DNA of 64,000 nucleotides from Callorhinchus milii (Eukaryota), in contig NW_024704742.1 in assembly GCF_018977255.1 (NCBI RefSeq), positions 2,978,001 through 3,042,000 on the forward strand, read 5' to 3'. Shown here in pieces: positions 63,371 through 64,000 of the stretch. Every line of letters begins with the position of its first letter. The first letter of the stretch is position 1. The position numbers were made by a program, and so were the translations under genes. The notes beneath the pieces were generated by a model. The model made no database searches. It was given only the letters and a program-made list of their open reading frames with translations, and had not been told where the DNA came from.

Positions 63371-64000
63371 TTCCCTCCGTACACACGTACTGGGCATCTG
63401 AGCTGGGGTGGGGAGCTGAGGAGGGTGAGGAAGGGGAAAGATGGCCGAATGTCGGTCAAAGAGGTACATTTTGAGACAGATGTCGACTGTGAACAAACAA
63501 TGAGCCAAACAATGAAAAACATTTCAGAATCACCTGCTCATTTTTTCCAGTCAAAACACGGGCTTGCACAATCCACACATTTTGCCTGTAGGTTGTTAAT
63601 TCCAACCCCAAACCAGCCCCACTGTAGTTGATAACGATATTGAGGAGGTCTCTTTTGAGCGCGTTAGCCACTAACGGTTGAAAGCATTTGTCAAGTCAAG
63701 TAAAATTTTGCAGTGCGGCTTAGACCTCTACAACACAATTGGTTCTGACACTCTATAAAGAGGATCCATGGAGTTATTTGTCCAGTTTAGGTCGCCAAAT
63801 GCACGACAAAGCACATTAGCTGTTCGGAAATGGACCAAAGGTTAACGCTAAAGGTGGTTTGAGGTTTTGGATCACTGAGCTTCGGAGGGAAGCTTGGGGG
63901 AACTTCATTCTTTGTCATTAGAATAAAGAAAATGATGTTATTCACACCATTAACATCACGAAGGAATCAGCATTATTGGGATAGCAGGAAAATGACTTTA

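Noticed and set aside
1..64000. CRISPR array, operon or prokaryotic defence system
   Set aside because: The sequence is vertebrate. The repeats are dispersed retroposons, not regularly spaced direct repeats, and there are no long ORFs.

Overview
Vertebrate, repeat-rich and apparently almost entirely non-coding DNA (long intron or gene desert). The repeat content points to a cartilaginous fish, most likely a holocephalan such as elephant shark; this is an inference from recalled repeat families. The window contains: (1) many copies of a tRNA-Ala(TGC)-headed SINE with an L2-type (TTA)n tail, in a short young form and a longer older form; (2) older Deu-domain SINEs; (3) decayed CR1 and L2 LINE fragments, some with readable RT motifs; (4) three Penelope-like terminal fragments, one retaining a minimal hammerhead ribozyme core; (5) an old ~550 bp dispersed repeat I cannot name; and (6) several palindromic relics. 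I cannot identify any protein-coding gene. Many ORFs in the track are SINE/LINE translations; I recognised none of the rest. The unique sequence holds CNE-like AT-rich blocks, two RFX X-box/CRE promoter-like sites and scattered minus-strand exon-like segments, including a 9-nt microexon candidate, all low confidence. The most unusual items are an array of abutting hairpins at 55.55-55.82 kb and the hammerhead motif at 9.9 kb. I found no convincing novel multi-gene system. Repeat boundaries were read by eye and are approximate.
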